Assembly: GCF_006345805.1 (NCBI RefSeq)
Contig: NC_042998.1
Location: 41,540,001 to 41,604,000 of the forward strand
Length of the DNA stretch: 64,000 bases
Direction: 5' to 3'
Origin: Octopus sinensis
Taxonomy: Eukaryota
A program made the translations under genes and the position numbers. Positions 1 through 12,958 of the stretch are shown here, in pieces. The notes below the pieces were generated by a model. It was not told where the DNA came from. It ran no database searches and was given only the letters and a program-made list of their open reading frames with translations. Numbering within the stretch: position 1 is the stretch's first letter; every line of letters begins with the position of its first letter.

Positions 1-265
1 TTTTCAAATTCTTAATTGTTTGGGTGTACTATTTTCAATTTAAAATCTTAGTCAACATTCCCTATTGTAAAGATGATTTAGTTACTGATAGAAACTCTGA
101 TGTATTCTCAGTTGGTTACCCTATTCCAGAGATGTGCTTGAACAAAACTCATTGGGGCTATCTAACATCAAGAAAAATATTTTGAAATCTTTGATATCTG
201 TAAAGATTTATTTCTTACAAAATTTACATCCCTTTATTGAGTTAATTTTTTTCTTTTCTTTGCAG

Positions 266-402
266 ACAACATCAGGGGAGGACATACGTGATTTTACAAA
301 AGTATTGAAAAACAAGTTCAAATCAAAAAGATATTTCAAAAAACATCCGCGACTTGGTTACCTTCCTGTGCAGACTGTATTAGAAGGAGACAGTTTAGAG
401 AG
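266..402 (+). CDS. DMD: Dystrophin coding exon (equivalent to human DMD exon 70): [45 protein letters not shown](S)
   Basis: Pyrimidine tract and cag acceptor at 263-265; AG/gtagat donor at 403. The peptide is nearly identical to the dystrophin motif [42 protein letters not shown]. Length is 137 nt, the same as human exon 70. The gene continues upstream of the window. Confidence 0.97.
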
Positions 403-1169
403 GTAGATATCTTTTTGTTTCAAATTTCCTGATATCAAAAAATATGCTTAAATCTTAACTTCTAATGTTTTTGGTTAGTTCTTTTATTTAAATGTAATAA
501 CTTCATTTCTTTAACCCTGTTTTCAAAATAGAGTCAAACCATTGTGTGAAATTAAATCATTAAACTTGAATGAAATTATTGACTTCAAATGTTTTCTCTA
601 ACATTTTAAATTACCCCAAAAAAGTTTTAAAATATGAAGAGTTAAATCACAGCTGAGTACTTGGATTGAATTTGCTTACTTAAGCAGAAGATCAAGATTA
701 TCAAGTTAATAAAAATAACTTGATATTCTTGTGCTTCTGTTAAACAAGAAATAGTTTTTATACAAAGCTTCTATGCTCTAGCTATGTTATATTTTATTTA
801 TATTTTGATCAATATATCCCATTTATTTTGTGATTGTGTCTGAGGGAAAATTTACAAAAAAGCAAATATATCTAAATCTTCATTAAGTTATTGAATTAAC
901 CTACTTCTACTCCAGGATATCGACCTCTTCAAATATAATAATTTTGCTATCCATTTTTCAGCTAGGGAGACCAACACAAGTGGGACATTTTACTTGATGA
1001 CATACTGCTTTGATCCTCCTTTCTATTTAGCAAACTTTACAAAATTGGTTGTCAGTTGATTGGGTGTTTTTTGGGTTTTTTTAAGTGGAGGTGCAACGCA
1101 TAGTAGAATTGCAGAATATTAAATATTTCTGGTTTCTAAATTCTTTATATCTGTGACATAACTATGGAA

Positions 1170-1415
1170 TAGGTTGTTGGGTGCTTGAGAAGACATGTCA
1201 AGCCAAGTGAAATCGTAGTTGTGATCAGTGCCGCTGATATGTAAAAGGCACCCACTACGCTCTTAGTATAGTTGGTGTTAGGAAGGGCACCAGCCATAGA
1301 AACCAAACCAAAACCAGACTGGAGCCTGATACAGCTCTCTGGCTTACCAGTTCTTGTCAAACCATCTAACCCATGCCAGCATGGAAAATGGACGCTAAAT
1401 GATGATGATGATGAT
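1170..1415 (+). mobile_element. Interspersed repeat family A (SINE-like, (GAT)n tail), short decayed copy
   Basis: Shares ttggtgttaggaagggca...aacccatgccagcatggaaa...aaatgatgatgat with five other copies in the window. Confidence 0.8.
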
Positions 1416-1534
1416 CTTGTACCTTAGTTGAAAATGTTTCAGTGTGAAAGCGTAAATACTAATACAAATACAAAAGACTAGTTTATTGTATGCGTAAGCC
1501 TATGTAAAATATAAGTAGATTGTCAACAAGGTGG

Positions 1535-1705
1535 GCATAGCTCTGCATTTAAGATGCTTGCTTCCAACCATGTGATTGCAGGTTCAGTCCCACTGTGTGG
1601 AACTTTGGGCAAGTATCTTCTGCTATAACTCTAGTCCAACCAAAGACTTGAGAACAGATTTGATTGACAGAAATGGAAAGAAGCCCATCATGTATGTATG
1701 TGTAT
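1535..1705 (+). mobile_element. tRNA-derived SINE family B, decayed
   Basis: ggttcagtcccactgtgtgg...ttgggcaagtatcttc...aagaagccc matches the copy at 37536-37935. Confidence 0.75.
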
Positions 1706-4700
1706 TTGGGGAGTAGGGGCTACCCTCTATCATAACTACATATAATGATTCTAAATGATTATCAGAGAAGCAAGCTTGTTCATTTCTTCTTTTCCATGGA
1801 AAATATGTCTGGCCTTGGGGATAGGTGAGGTTTGGTGACAGGGAGGGCATCTGACCATAGAAAATTTGCCTCAACAAATTTTGTCTGACCCATGCAAGTA
1901 TGGAAAAGTGAACGTTAAATAATGGTGATGATGTAGCTTATTGCTTTCTCCTTGTCCATTATTTGTGTACACATTTATGAATCAAATATTTAATGGGTAA
2001 CAGGTCCTTTACATTGCAATAAAATTTTGAATTTAATGATCTATTCACTGATTTGTCCTTAGGGGTCATCCTAAGTCAGGAGATTTTTCACAAATTGTGA
2101 AGTAATATAATAGTCAAAATATAAATGATATGATCATGTGATGTGCAAAATGAATTTTTTTTCTTTCTGTATTCTTTATAAGAAAATGTTCTGCTTCAAA
2201 AGTTTTGCTTTGAAAATAATTCTTTTGATCTACAATTATTTATGAAATGTCTTTATACAGTGATGCAAGTGTTTGGCACGTTAGGGAAAGGCATATATTC
2301 TTTCTTATTCTCCTTAGTTCTCACTATTCCCTTTGCCCTCCAGGTTTCATGCTGGTGTAAATTTTTATAACTACATTACTTTATTCCGCTCACACCTCAG
2401 TTATAAGTTATATTTTAATTAGTTCTCTGTTTTCATCTCAATTTCATCAACACGGTCAATATTATCTCTTCCACCCTTCCTTCACTCTTCCCTTCTGCAT
2501 CTCTCTATTGCCCTTTCCTTTCTTTTTCTATCTCTCCTAACCCCAAATAAACTATTTCTGCATCATTTGCCACATCATTGTCAGACAAGTGCTTTGCAGA
2601 GGAAGTGAGGCAGTTCACTGATCAAAGTGTTCTTTGTTAGACTAAAGACAGCTACATCACTTTTAAGACAACTATTGTTGCTTGTGTAATTAATGGGCAA
2701 AGAAACCAAGCAGTTACTATTGACTAATTCAACTTTCTCCCCATCCTTACATAGCTCTCTTCTTCTTTCTCTCTATTTTGATTGTCTTTTAAAATATTCT
2801 GCTCTTTCTGTCTTTATATTTCTTCCTCACCTCTCTTGCTCTGTTTCTCTTTCTCTCTTTTTCTTTTTTCTCTCCATCTCTTTCTCTCTCACACACACAC
2901 ACATATACACACAATACTTATGCATAATATATGTATGTGTAATGTTATGAATATTTGTATGTTGAATAAAGCTAACATTGTCACGAATGTTCTTTCTCTA
3001 TAATTCCTTAGCACGTGCAAGTGCACACATACAACACACACACACACAAAACACCTATCGTATTAATTATTTTATTTATTTTTTTCTTTCCTTTTCTATC
3101 ATCGTTGTTTTCCCAATAGAATCTATTGACTGTAGAGTGATTTTATCAGAGTGCTAGCTGCTTCCACTACAGCCACACTAACTGAATGAAGTGGCAGCAG
3201 CTATTGAATATGTGTGTGGTGTCGGTGGTGGTGATATGGTGGGGGAATCTGAAATAAGAAATGGTGTATTGAGATGAAAACAATAAGCTTTCATCAAACA
3301 TTAGAGGCTTCTGAAAACAATCAGAAAATATATACACACACATATGTAGTTCAGTAGCCTAAATAATTGCTCGGAGAGGGGGAAAAAAGTACTATCGATA
3401 GTGTTAATTAGCAATAGCATTAAAAAAAGGAAGAAAAAAAAAAGGAACCTATGGGTGTTACTAAAATACTTATTAATGTTAGTGTTGAGGCTTTTAGTTT
3501 AGACCTCTGCTGCTATCATATGGATAATAGGGAAATGTATTACATTTCTTGTTCATCTTGTCAGCTTTGTCTTGTTGCCAGTCAGCATCATCTGTTGCCG
3601 TTTTGCCGTTGTGGCAGTAGCTGCTTCTGTCACTAGAGCCAGTGCTGCTACCATGCTGCGGTACTCTGTGCTAATAGTATGTGTTGTTGTACTGACTCTA
3701 TAAGTGATGCTAGTCACTGTTGACACTTCCTCCTTAAACTGGATTTTCCGGGATCAAACATGGCTCTTGGAAAGATAGCAGTGGAGACAACGATCGTGAC
3801 AACAACAACTACAAACTTGATGTTTTCAAAGTTCTGGTTTCATTCATCACTGTTACCAGAACCTCGGTGCATTCAAGTCATTTATACTAAAACATTATCA
3901 AAGACGTGTGCTTGTGATCATCTTTACTAGTAACCACAGACTCACAGTTTCTCTCTCCTCTCTCCCTCTTTCTCTCTCTCTCATATCCATATTACCTGTC
4001 ATTTAATGTGGACCGCATTATGTTATATGAATTATGCTCATCTCCTGTTCAACCATAACTTGGTAAGTAAATCTCACCTCTTTCTCCCTCCCACTTTCTC
4101 TTGTTTACTATCTCCTCTCTCTCCATACAAACACACACACACAGCTATCTAGCTACCAAACTTTTTTATCTTTTCATCATCTGAATCCCTCTACCACCAC
4201 TCTCATCTCTTTCCTTTACACAACTTCAGCTTGTTGATTTATTTATATATCTATGTTTTCAAAATACTAAGAGATAATGATTGTCTCTCTCCAATGGATT
4301 AATATGCTAAAATAAAACATTATTAAAACATATATTCAAGTTTAACAAGATTATAATTTGTTCCCTTTTCCTATCATCATCAGAATAAAATATTTTGAAC
4401 AAACTAATAAGAGTGACCTGCTGCTGACAAGTTGATCTTCCAGAATAGTGGCTAAAGGATATATGTAAAGGAAATCAAATTAAATCTCTACTCATAGCAG
4501 AGGTTTCACATCATTCAGCTGTATTTTATCTGTGAACAATTGAATAACTGACATGTTATTAAATCATCAACATAAGTTTCTAAAGCCCAGTATGCTTAAC
4601 TTGGGGCTATCAATAATGATTAAAAATCTGACACCTCCTAGGTGTCAGATTCACTTGTTTAGTTAAGCTTCAGCTGAAGATAGCTCAACACCTACAGATA

Positions 4701-7679
4701 GTTATATTGATGTCCATACCCTTATTCTATCAATTTTAAATTTATAACTTAGAAGATTATAGATTAATATAATTATTAAATATGTTAATCAAATATTTTT
4801 GTCTATTTAACAACCAGCTGACTTAGTTGTCTAATCTTTCAAGAGTTACATGGCTAGCAATGACACACTGATCAAGTCTCACTTCAAAACTTCATGGCCA
4901 GTGACAGTGTAATATTAATCTGCTGAATTATTGTATCACATGACTTGTACTTGCATTGTTATACTGACATGTGGATATTATATGTCTTAGAAATCATACA
5001 GTACAGAAAGTACTTATAGCAAAAAAGAAAAGCTAATTGTAATACCAATTGTGATGAAGTTAATACTCTGAATTTGAAGACTATCTCAGAAATATAATCA
5101 ATGAAAGAAAATGTCAGATTGTAGAAGATTCATCTGACATCTATAATCTCTAATTGCAAATTATTGTTTAGAAAACATGAGTGATGTAAATGAATGCAAA
5201 ATGTGAGTCAAAGCCATTACATGCTTGTATATACTTTCATTGAATGGATTCTTATTTGGTAACTAACTTTTGAGAATAGTTGTTTCAGTTTAAAATTTTC
5301 TTAGTCACTAACATTGAATATGCACACACACACACATCCATTTCTGTTTTCTTTTTATTATGATGACATGGAGGTTTTTGCAGTCTGACATGTTATCAAT
5401 CATCTTAATTATACACCATGAAAATGAAAATATCTTCAGCTCTGATTTCATAACTTTTTGAAGTACTTTCTCTACCAGTAAAGGTAACTCATGTTAAAAG
5501 CTAAAGATTGGTGTTTGGGGTTTTTTGTAACATCCTACCATGGGTCTATGTCTCTATCATTTGGCCATGATGTACTCATTTTCTCCATAGTATACTGATA
5601 GTTTCCTATGTGATTTCACGTCCATCTTTCAATTTCCACAAACAAGTTGCTTGGTATGATGCCTCAATGTTTAATTACCTGGCCATTCCACTAGGTAGCC
5701 CAGCTTTTTTCAATAATCTCTCATACATTAGGTAAATTTACATGCCTTACATCAAATCCCACCAAGGCTTCTACACCACTGAAAGTGACCCATGTCAAAA
5801 TGTAAACACACCTATTAAATGATAATCCCCAACACAAATACTATGACAGCAACCCATCTAGGAGAGCAATTGCTCTGAAATAAACTAAGAGCAGGGAAAG
5901 CTCTTTGGTAGCACCATGATATAGATAGATCATAAAACAGAATGAAAACTTGGTTTACAGTTTTATCTTACACTCATGTTTAGAGTACTCTTTTTCCTCC
6001 TCCTACCCTTTTGGGAGTGGGGGAAATTACCCTTTTTATTTTTTTAGGAGTCAAATGACATCCCTCCTTGATTTATAAAGTATCAGTCAACCACTGAGAT
6101 TGATACTTCATTCTCTTTGTCCTCACTCTCAGTTATACTTTATTGTGAGAGGTTAACTACTCACACAGCATCCTTCCTTCAAGAAATTAAGGAGGATTAG
6201 GTTATGGGCTAGTAACCTCTTCTCATTTAGTATACTACAGAAAAGAAACCTCCAAAGAACCCATAGTACAAAGTAGTTGTGGACAGACCAAGAAACCCCA
6301 TGAGTGTATTTCTAAATTCTCACAAGGACCAAAATTTGCCTACATATAACCTACTTACCATTTCTTGTTTCTTACATAGAAAAAAATATCAAAAGTAAAT
6401 AAGACATATTAAATATTTAGTTTTCATTAAGTTATAAGAAAAATAACAGTAACACTCTGTTGATGAAAGAATAAATGGAAAAATCACAGAAACCTGATCT
6501 TAATATGAGATTATAATAATCAATCTTAATATTATTAACATTTGAAAAGTTGCCAAACAAGATTCTAATGATATCTTAACATAATGACATCATTATCTTT
6601 TCAATTATGGTAGCTTATGATCTATAATGTAATGCATTTGGTGACTGGTCAGAAATTTGGTATAATAATCACCTTTCACAATATATTGAGTAGTCAGCAA
6701 CAATACATGGAATTGCCAATATAAAGCTTCAAGATAAAATATACTAATAAGTCATAATCTCAGCAGTGCAAAATTGTATTTTCTTCTTATACAAAATAAC
6801 ATTTAGTTCAAAGAAGATTCTTTTATATAGTTAAAAGATCAGACTTACAGGAGGATGAATATGAGATTGTTTGAGGTTCATGCCTTTTACAATGAATATG
6901 ATTACTGCTTATTTATCCTTATACTCTACTCCATATTGGGTTTCAGATTATTAATATATTAATAGTTGAGATTGTCAACAAGCTAATATTTTCAACCTTT
7001 CTAATAATTCTTGCTTCCAGTTTGAAAACATTCAATTTACATTAAATTGTGTGATTATATGACTATACAATTGCAAAAGGATACCAATTTAGCAATCTAT
7101 TTTGTACTGTTTATGAAAGAGAACTTTATCATTAGTGAGGACAAAGGAATTATTTCTTCATAAAATAAATTTGAAGTTTTGCTTGCCTGAGATATTAACA
7201 TAAAAAATAGAAGATATGCATAACAAAAAAGAAAAAGAAGTATTAATATAATGCACCTAATTATGGACATTTGAAGATTTTCTCTCCATGTGCTGTGTTT
7301 AGGATAATTTTTTAAAGGTTTTATATGGCATAGTCAGAGGAAGAATAGTGTCCAAGACCTTTTTCAGAACAACTGACACAGGTAGACCAGGGACCCAGTC
7401 AAATTGCTTGAAACCAAGTGAATTCTGCCAAAGGCATCCAAGGGCTGATAGCGGGGGTAAACCAAACAAGAGATTAAATAAGCACCAAGAATAGGTTTGG
7501 TACTTCCAACAGGTTTCCACACAATTTCCATCAGTTAACTTTTATTTATAAGCCTTTGGTCTACCCAAGACTTTGGTAAAAGACACTTGCTCAAAGTTCT
7601 ATACAGTGGTATCAAACTTGTGACCATGGACTTGTAAAGCAAACTTTTTAACCATACAACTATCCCCGCAAACCAATAA

Positions 7680-8392
7680 AACACATCAATGTTTTAGAAC
7701 TGCTGCAACTTAGAACAACAAACATTCCACTTTATGTTGTTTGTATCGTATTGTTATGTGTGATGAAAAATGGATTCTTTTCAACAATAGAAAGTGTTCT
7801 GCACAGTGGTTTGATAGAGACAAAGTGTCAAAACACAATCCAAAAAAGAATATTCACCAAAAAAAAAAACTAATGGTGTGTGTTTGGTGGTCCAGCACTA
7901 GTGTCATCCACTACAGCTACATGAGGCCTGATAAATCAATTACAGCAGATGTATACATCAACCAATTGGATGAAATGATGAATGAACTTGCAAATTAAAC
8001 AACTGAGATTGGTCAATAGAGACAGACTAATTCTCTTGAAAGACAATGCTTGACCACATGTTGCACAAAGAACGCTATTCAAGTTGAAGGAACTGAGCTT
8101 GGAAGTACTCTGTCATCTGCCATATTCACCAGACCAACTGACTATCATGTTTTCCTAGCATTAGACAACTTTTTGCAAGGAAAAAACTTCAAATTTGAAT
8201 GGCCTTTCGGGATTTCATCACCTCTTGCTCTCCAGAATTTTTCACTGCCGGCATAAATAAGCTACCGATAAAATGGTAAAATTGTGTTGATAATTTAGGT
8301 GCATACTTTGATAAACTGCATTGCTTTTTGTTGAGATAAAGTAAAATAAACTTTCAATTTCAAAATTGGACATTTCATTCTCAATGACCTGA
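7680..8392 (+). mobile_element. Mariner (Mos1-like DD34D) transposon 3' relic
   Basis: ORFs read RIVMCDEKWILFNN...KKLMVCVWW...YINQLDEM and DYHVFLALDNFLQGKNF; TIR-like end ...tcaatgacctga followed by TA at 8393-8394; frameshifted. Confidence 0.88.
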
Positions 8393-8749
8393 TAGATATG
8401 AATTTTTGTCTGATCTACCCATTCTTTATCACTTTCATAGCTTGCTTTAGATCTGAGGATTAGACTCAATGACAATAACTTAGACAATAGATATACGGTT
8501 AAATGCTAGTGAGAAGAGATAGATATGTATGGAAAAGAAAAAAAAAGAATTCTAATTGTAAGGTCAAAGAAAATTGGAATTAAGATTGTACAACCCAGAC
8601 TGGAAGAGTCAGAATTAATAGGTGAATGACCACAAGACGTACTAAAAAAAAAGATTAGTCCAGGAGACACCCTTCTTTAGGGACAAAAAATTGAGTATTT
8701 AAAGTAATGCTAAGCAAAGCAACTTTTATGAAAACAGATATTTGTAAAT

Positions 8750-9830
8750 AAGAACAATAACAAACATTTCTATATTTAAGAGATGAGGAATTATGTACAT
8801 TATTTATAACACGCATCAAGTATGGATTCAGGACATCTGTATACCGCAAGCCGACCTTTACTGGACGATACCTCAACTTCAATTCCCACCATCCATACAG
8901 TGTAAAGAGAGGGATTGCTCAATGCCTAAAATATTGTGCAAAGAATATAAGTAACAATCGTGATACACACCACGAAGAAATGATCAAGCTCATTAACGAT
9001 CTGTTAAGCAACAATTACCCCAAAAGTATACTATCCACTCCAATTATGAAGAAGAGAGAGGATGAGGCCAATAAACTGTCCACAGTCTGTCTACCCTATG
9101 TGAAAGTTCTCTCCGAAAAGATATGCAGCCCATATGACATCAGGACAGTATTCAAGAGTAATACAACACTTCGTAAATATCTCCTTTGAATAAAACCACC
9201 AACAGAAGAGAATTTGATCAAAGACTGCATGTACTCCATCCCATGCAGCTGTGGTAGGTTATACAAAGGCAAAACATGCCGCCCCCTCAAAATAAGGGTA
9301 GACGAACCTCACAAAGCTGTGATATGAGGAGATATTGATAAATCGGGTATAGCTGATCATTTATAGAAAAATGGAGACCACCTTCCCCTGTGGGATGAAG
9401 TTAAAATAATAAGACAGAGAACACCACTGGAAAATACAAAAACTAAAAGAAGCAGCACATATGCTAGGACACAACAACCTCCTAAGCAGACCAAGTTCAG
9501 ATATGAGCAGCATATGGAAACCAATATTAAGGAAGGATAGAAAAATATTAGATTTATAAGCCCTAAAATTCACTCCATAATTGCCCACAGGCATATAGCG
9601 TAGTGGTTTTAAGAGCGCAGGCTACTAACCACAAGATTCCGAGTTCGATTCCAAGCAGTGACCTGAACAACAACAATAATAATAACATCGTAAAATACCT
9701 TAGGAATGAGAACTTTCCCCAAAACACCTGAAGAAGGCAGGAGGGTATATCAGCCAAATCAAGTTAGCAACAAACAAGATGAGGACAAATATCCGTCAAA
9801 TGTAAATAATGTGAATAACAAACATGTAGT
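8750..9830 (+). mobile_element. Penelope-like element 3' part (RT thumb plus GIY-YIG endonuclease) with pseudo-LTR-like tail
   Basis: Translations ITRIKYGFRTSVYRKPTFTGRYLNFNSHHP, LPYVKVLSEKI, and CMYSIPCSCGRLYKGKTCRPLKIRV...SGIADH...WDEVKII are typical of the PLE RT and GIY-YIG domains; several stops and frameshifts. Confidence 0.88.
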
Positions 9831-11399
9831 TTACTTGATTTATGGGAGACCAACATTATTTTATTGCTCAAAACCATTATTACTTTGTTTTGGTAGCACT
9901 GATACAGTTTACTTGATTGCTTATGTATATACAATAAAACTCTATCAATGATTATTAAAGAATGAAACTCCTTTGGGAAACAAGATATTTTATGTGAGAT
10001 TGTGTATTAATTATTCAGATAAAATGTATATATCAGTCCCACATAGTGGACAATAGTTAAATTAACATAGTGAGTGAGAACTCATTAGGTTATACTGAAC
10101 ATTGATTGATAGGCTGTCTGAAGCTGTACATATCTTCACTTAGAGATCATGTCTTGTTTACACACGTTTGTTGAAATTACTAGCCCTAAAAATCAATGAT
10201 TTACATGAGAATGAGATTAAGTTTGTATGTGTGTGTCCCTGTGTATTTATTAGGGATTAATATGGTTGTGTATTTTATAGATTTTTGTATGCAAAAGTGC
10301 TCTCTCTCACACACACGTGTGTGTGTGTGTGTGTGTGTGTGTACATGCAAGTATATATATATTATTTATGCATTTCTGTGTAACCTGAGTATACTTAGTC
10401 ATGTGTATATTAACCCCACCAAACTGGATGTTACTGTGAATGTGAAATCTATAATTCTTTTCTAGTATTATCTCAGATTGTATCACTTCCATAGCATGGA
10501 GTTAACTGACCATTTAAACCTATTAATAAGTAATCAATCAAAATATAAATGCTTTAAAATGTACTGCTCCTATGCTACAGGCATGTTCACTAAGAAAAAT
10601 GTTTTTTTCCCCTCTCCTCTTTTAAATCCTTATCTCCAGAATGCACACACTAAATTCTACAAATAAGTTCTTTGTGAAGCAACACAGTAAAAAAATTAAC
10701 TATTCTATTGCAATTTATTTATCCAATTTCTAAAGAGCCAAATTCCATTGTTATCTCAAGAAGTCCCACCAACACTGCCTCCCTCTTAGTCAAGTAATGA
10801 AAAATTGATTGTATTTACTAGTTTCAAATTTGCTTCTTTGTTACTTGTGTTTGCAATACTTGTATGTATAATGGTACAAGTATACTGAGGTGCTATTTAC
10901 AGTATCTATTCATTTTAAAACACTAACAAAGCTTGCCTTCATAATTTTCTTTAGTTCTCTTGTGGAAAAAATAAAACACTTGTCATGAATTTTTGCGTTC
11001 ATTTCTCATCACCCAGCTATGTAATCATTTACAAATTCCTGTGTACTTATCTTACTTCCCAAAATGGTTCTCAGCTAAACAACCATTGTCTTTGACAAGC
11101 TTCTCTCCCTTTTCCTCTCTTCCTATGCACATTCTTTGTGATATTTATATCAGGAAAGCCAAAATGAAATATTAATATAATCATCTTGAAGTGGTGATAC
11201 TTTGTTGCTAATCATCATGTGGCCAGCATAGATTATTAGGTATCTGTCTATTACATTTGACAAGTTAATTGTTATTTATGAAATTCAAATCTTTCTTTTA
11301 TTCATTTATTTTATTGAAAGCTTCAGACCATTTTTTTCATTAATGGTAAATTATGTGACAACATATCTTAAATGAGAATTTTCCATTTTCTCTTTACAG

Positions 11400-11468
11400 T
11401 CCACAGCCCTCCCCCCAGCACAGTATATCTCAGGACATGCATTCTCGGCTGGAACTTTATGCAAACAG
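11400..11468 (+). CDS. DMD: Dystrophin exon (exon 72-like, first syntrophin-binding segment): (S)PQPSPQHSISQDMHSRLELYAN(R)
   Basis: ttttctctttacag acceptor and AG/gtttgt donor; phase 2 at both ends, in frame with its neighbours; resembles human SPQLSHDDTHSRIEHYASR. Confidence 0.93.
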
Positions 11469-12630
11469 GTTTGTTCGTTATTTTATTTTCCTTCTATTAA
11501 AGGATAACTAAAGTATAATTAAAGGATAACACATGGCTTGTGATTCAAAAGTTCAGGTTAAGTTTTTTTGTCTTCTATAATAATAGTATCAGGTTTACTA
11601 GAAATTTGGTAGAGAGAATCTATACAGAAGCCTATTGTGTATGTGTTTGTCACCAAATGTCTTTGTATTGACACAATATGGACAGTGGCTGCCTTTGTTT
11701 ACTTCTTGCTTAAGCAATATGTCTGCAGCTTCCGAGTTCAATATAGATTGAAGTACCTTACTTGAAAACAGATAATGGTTGGCATCAGGAAGGGCAACCA
11801 GCCAAAGAATACTGGCTCAAGATGTCTTACCCAAATATGTGCATGTGTGTACTTGTATATGTGTGTGTTATGTATTGGCACTGGCATGGCTATATGGTTT
11901 AAGAAGTTTACTTCAGGTTAACCCCACTGCATGGCACCTTAGACAGTGGAGGGATTTAGTAAATAGAATGTGGCTCGTCGTGTATGTGTTAGTGTGTGTC
12001 CATATGCAATGTTTATAATCTATGCTCATCCACATTTGAGCAAAGGGGTGGTGACATTGACATTCCTTGCAGACATTATGGCTGTCACTCAATGCTTTCA
12101 ATCTTTGGAATAAAAAAAATGTCCCTGCTTGCAAAACAAATAAGGATTAGTGACAGGAAGAGCATCCAGCCATAAAATCTTGCCTTATATAATTCTGTCC
12201 AAGCCCATGCTAGCATGAAAAAACACAGGCTTTAAATGAATGAACAATGTAAAAACATGTCAGTGGGAAATACAAAAATGAGAAAAATTTGGCAAGGATA
12301 TTTAGTACTTAGAAGTTATATTGTAACAGAATATATTAAAAATCTTTAGGATATCATTTGCATATTGATTTTAACTGTAACTTTTTTAATCCCCAAAAAG
12401 TTCCATTGATGCTAACCTGAGACCTCTCCTAGTTTAATGATACAAACTTCTTGCTTTAAACTTTAAAGTTAAAGTGATCAAGTTAAACCTTTCAATCAAA
12501 ATTTCATGTTAATTTATGTTCCAAACACCAGTTTAAAAAGTAACAAGGACAAAGTTGTTTCATTAATGTTTTACTTTCAAAATTAACTGAAACAAAGGCA
12601 GATTTATTTTAATAGAAATATGGTTTAAAG

Positions 12631-12837
12631 CAGGGGTGGGCAAACTTTTTTGATCGCGGGCCGCACAGTGCGTCTTTGGAACCTTGGCGGGCCTCATTTA
12701 TAAAAATCAAGTGAAAATATTGTGAATTACAGTACAACTGAAACAGTTACGAAGTATCTGCATAGAAGTTGGGATTCATAAAAGCTCTCGGTGGGCCGCA
12801 TGAAAACCTATGGCGGGCCGTAGTTTGCCCACCCCTG
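12631..12837. mobile_element. hAT (Charlie/SPIN-type) MITE, 207 bp
   Basis: TIRs CAGGGGTGGGCAAAC and GTTTGCCCACCCCTG; perfect 8-bp TSD GTTTAAAG at 12623-12630 and 12838-12845. Confidence 0.93.
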
Positions 12838-12913
12838 GTTTAAAGTAATGTAACCCATTTTGTTGTCAGTCCAACTGAAACTAGTGATTGATTGGTTATA
12901 TTTTGATTTCCAG

Positions 12914-12958
12914 ATTAGCAGAAGTTGAACAAAGACAAGGATATTCAACTCCAGATTC
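12914..12958 (+). CDS. DMD: Dystrophin exon (exon 73-like): (R)LAEVEQRQGYSTPD(S)
   Basis: gatttccag acceptor and TC/gtaagt donor; 45 nt keeps the frame; continues the RLAEME motif. Confidence 0.9.

Noticed and set aside
9590-9665. Functional tRNA gene
   Set aside because: A and B boxes are present but there is no paired acceptor stem or proper cloverleaf; it is treated as a tRNA-derived repeat segment.
1535-12010. Inverted SINE B pair (1535+, about 7530-, about 11880+) as a dsRNA editing substrate in the dystrophin pre-mRNA
   Set aside because: The copies are short, highly diverged and several kb apart, so stable pairing cannot be supported from sequence alone.
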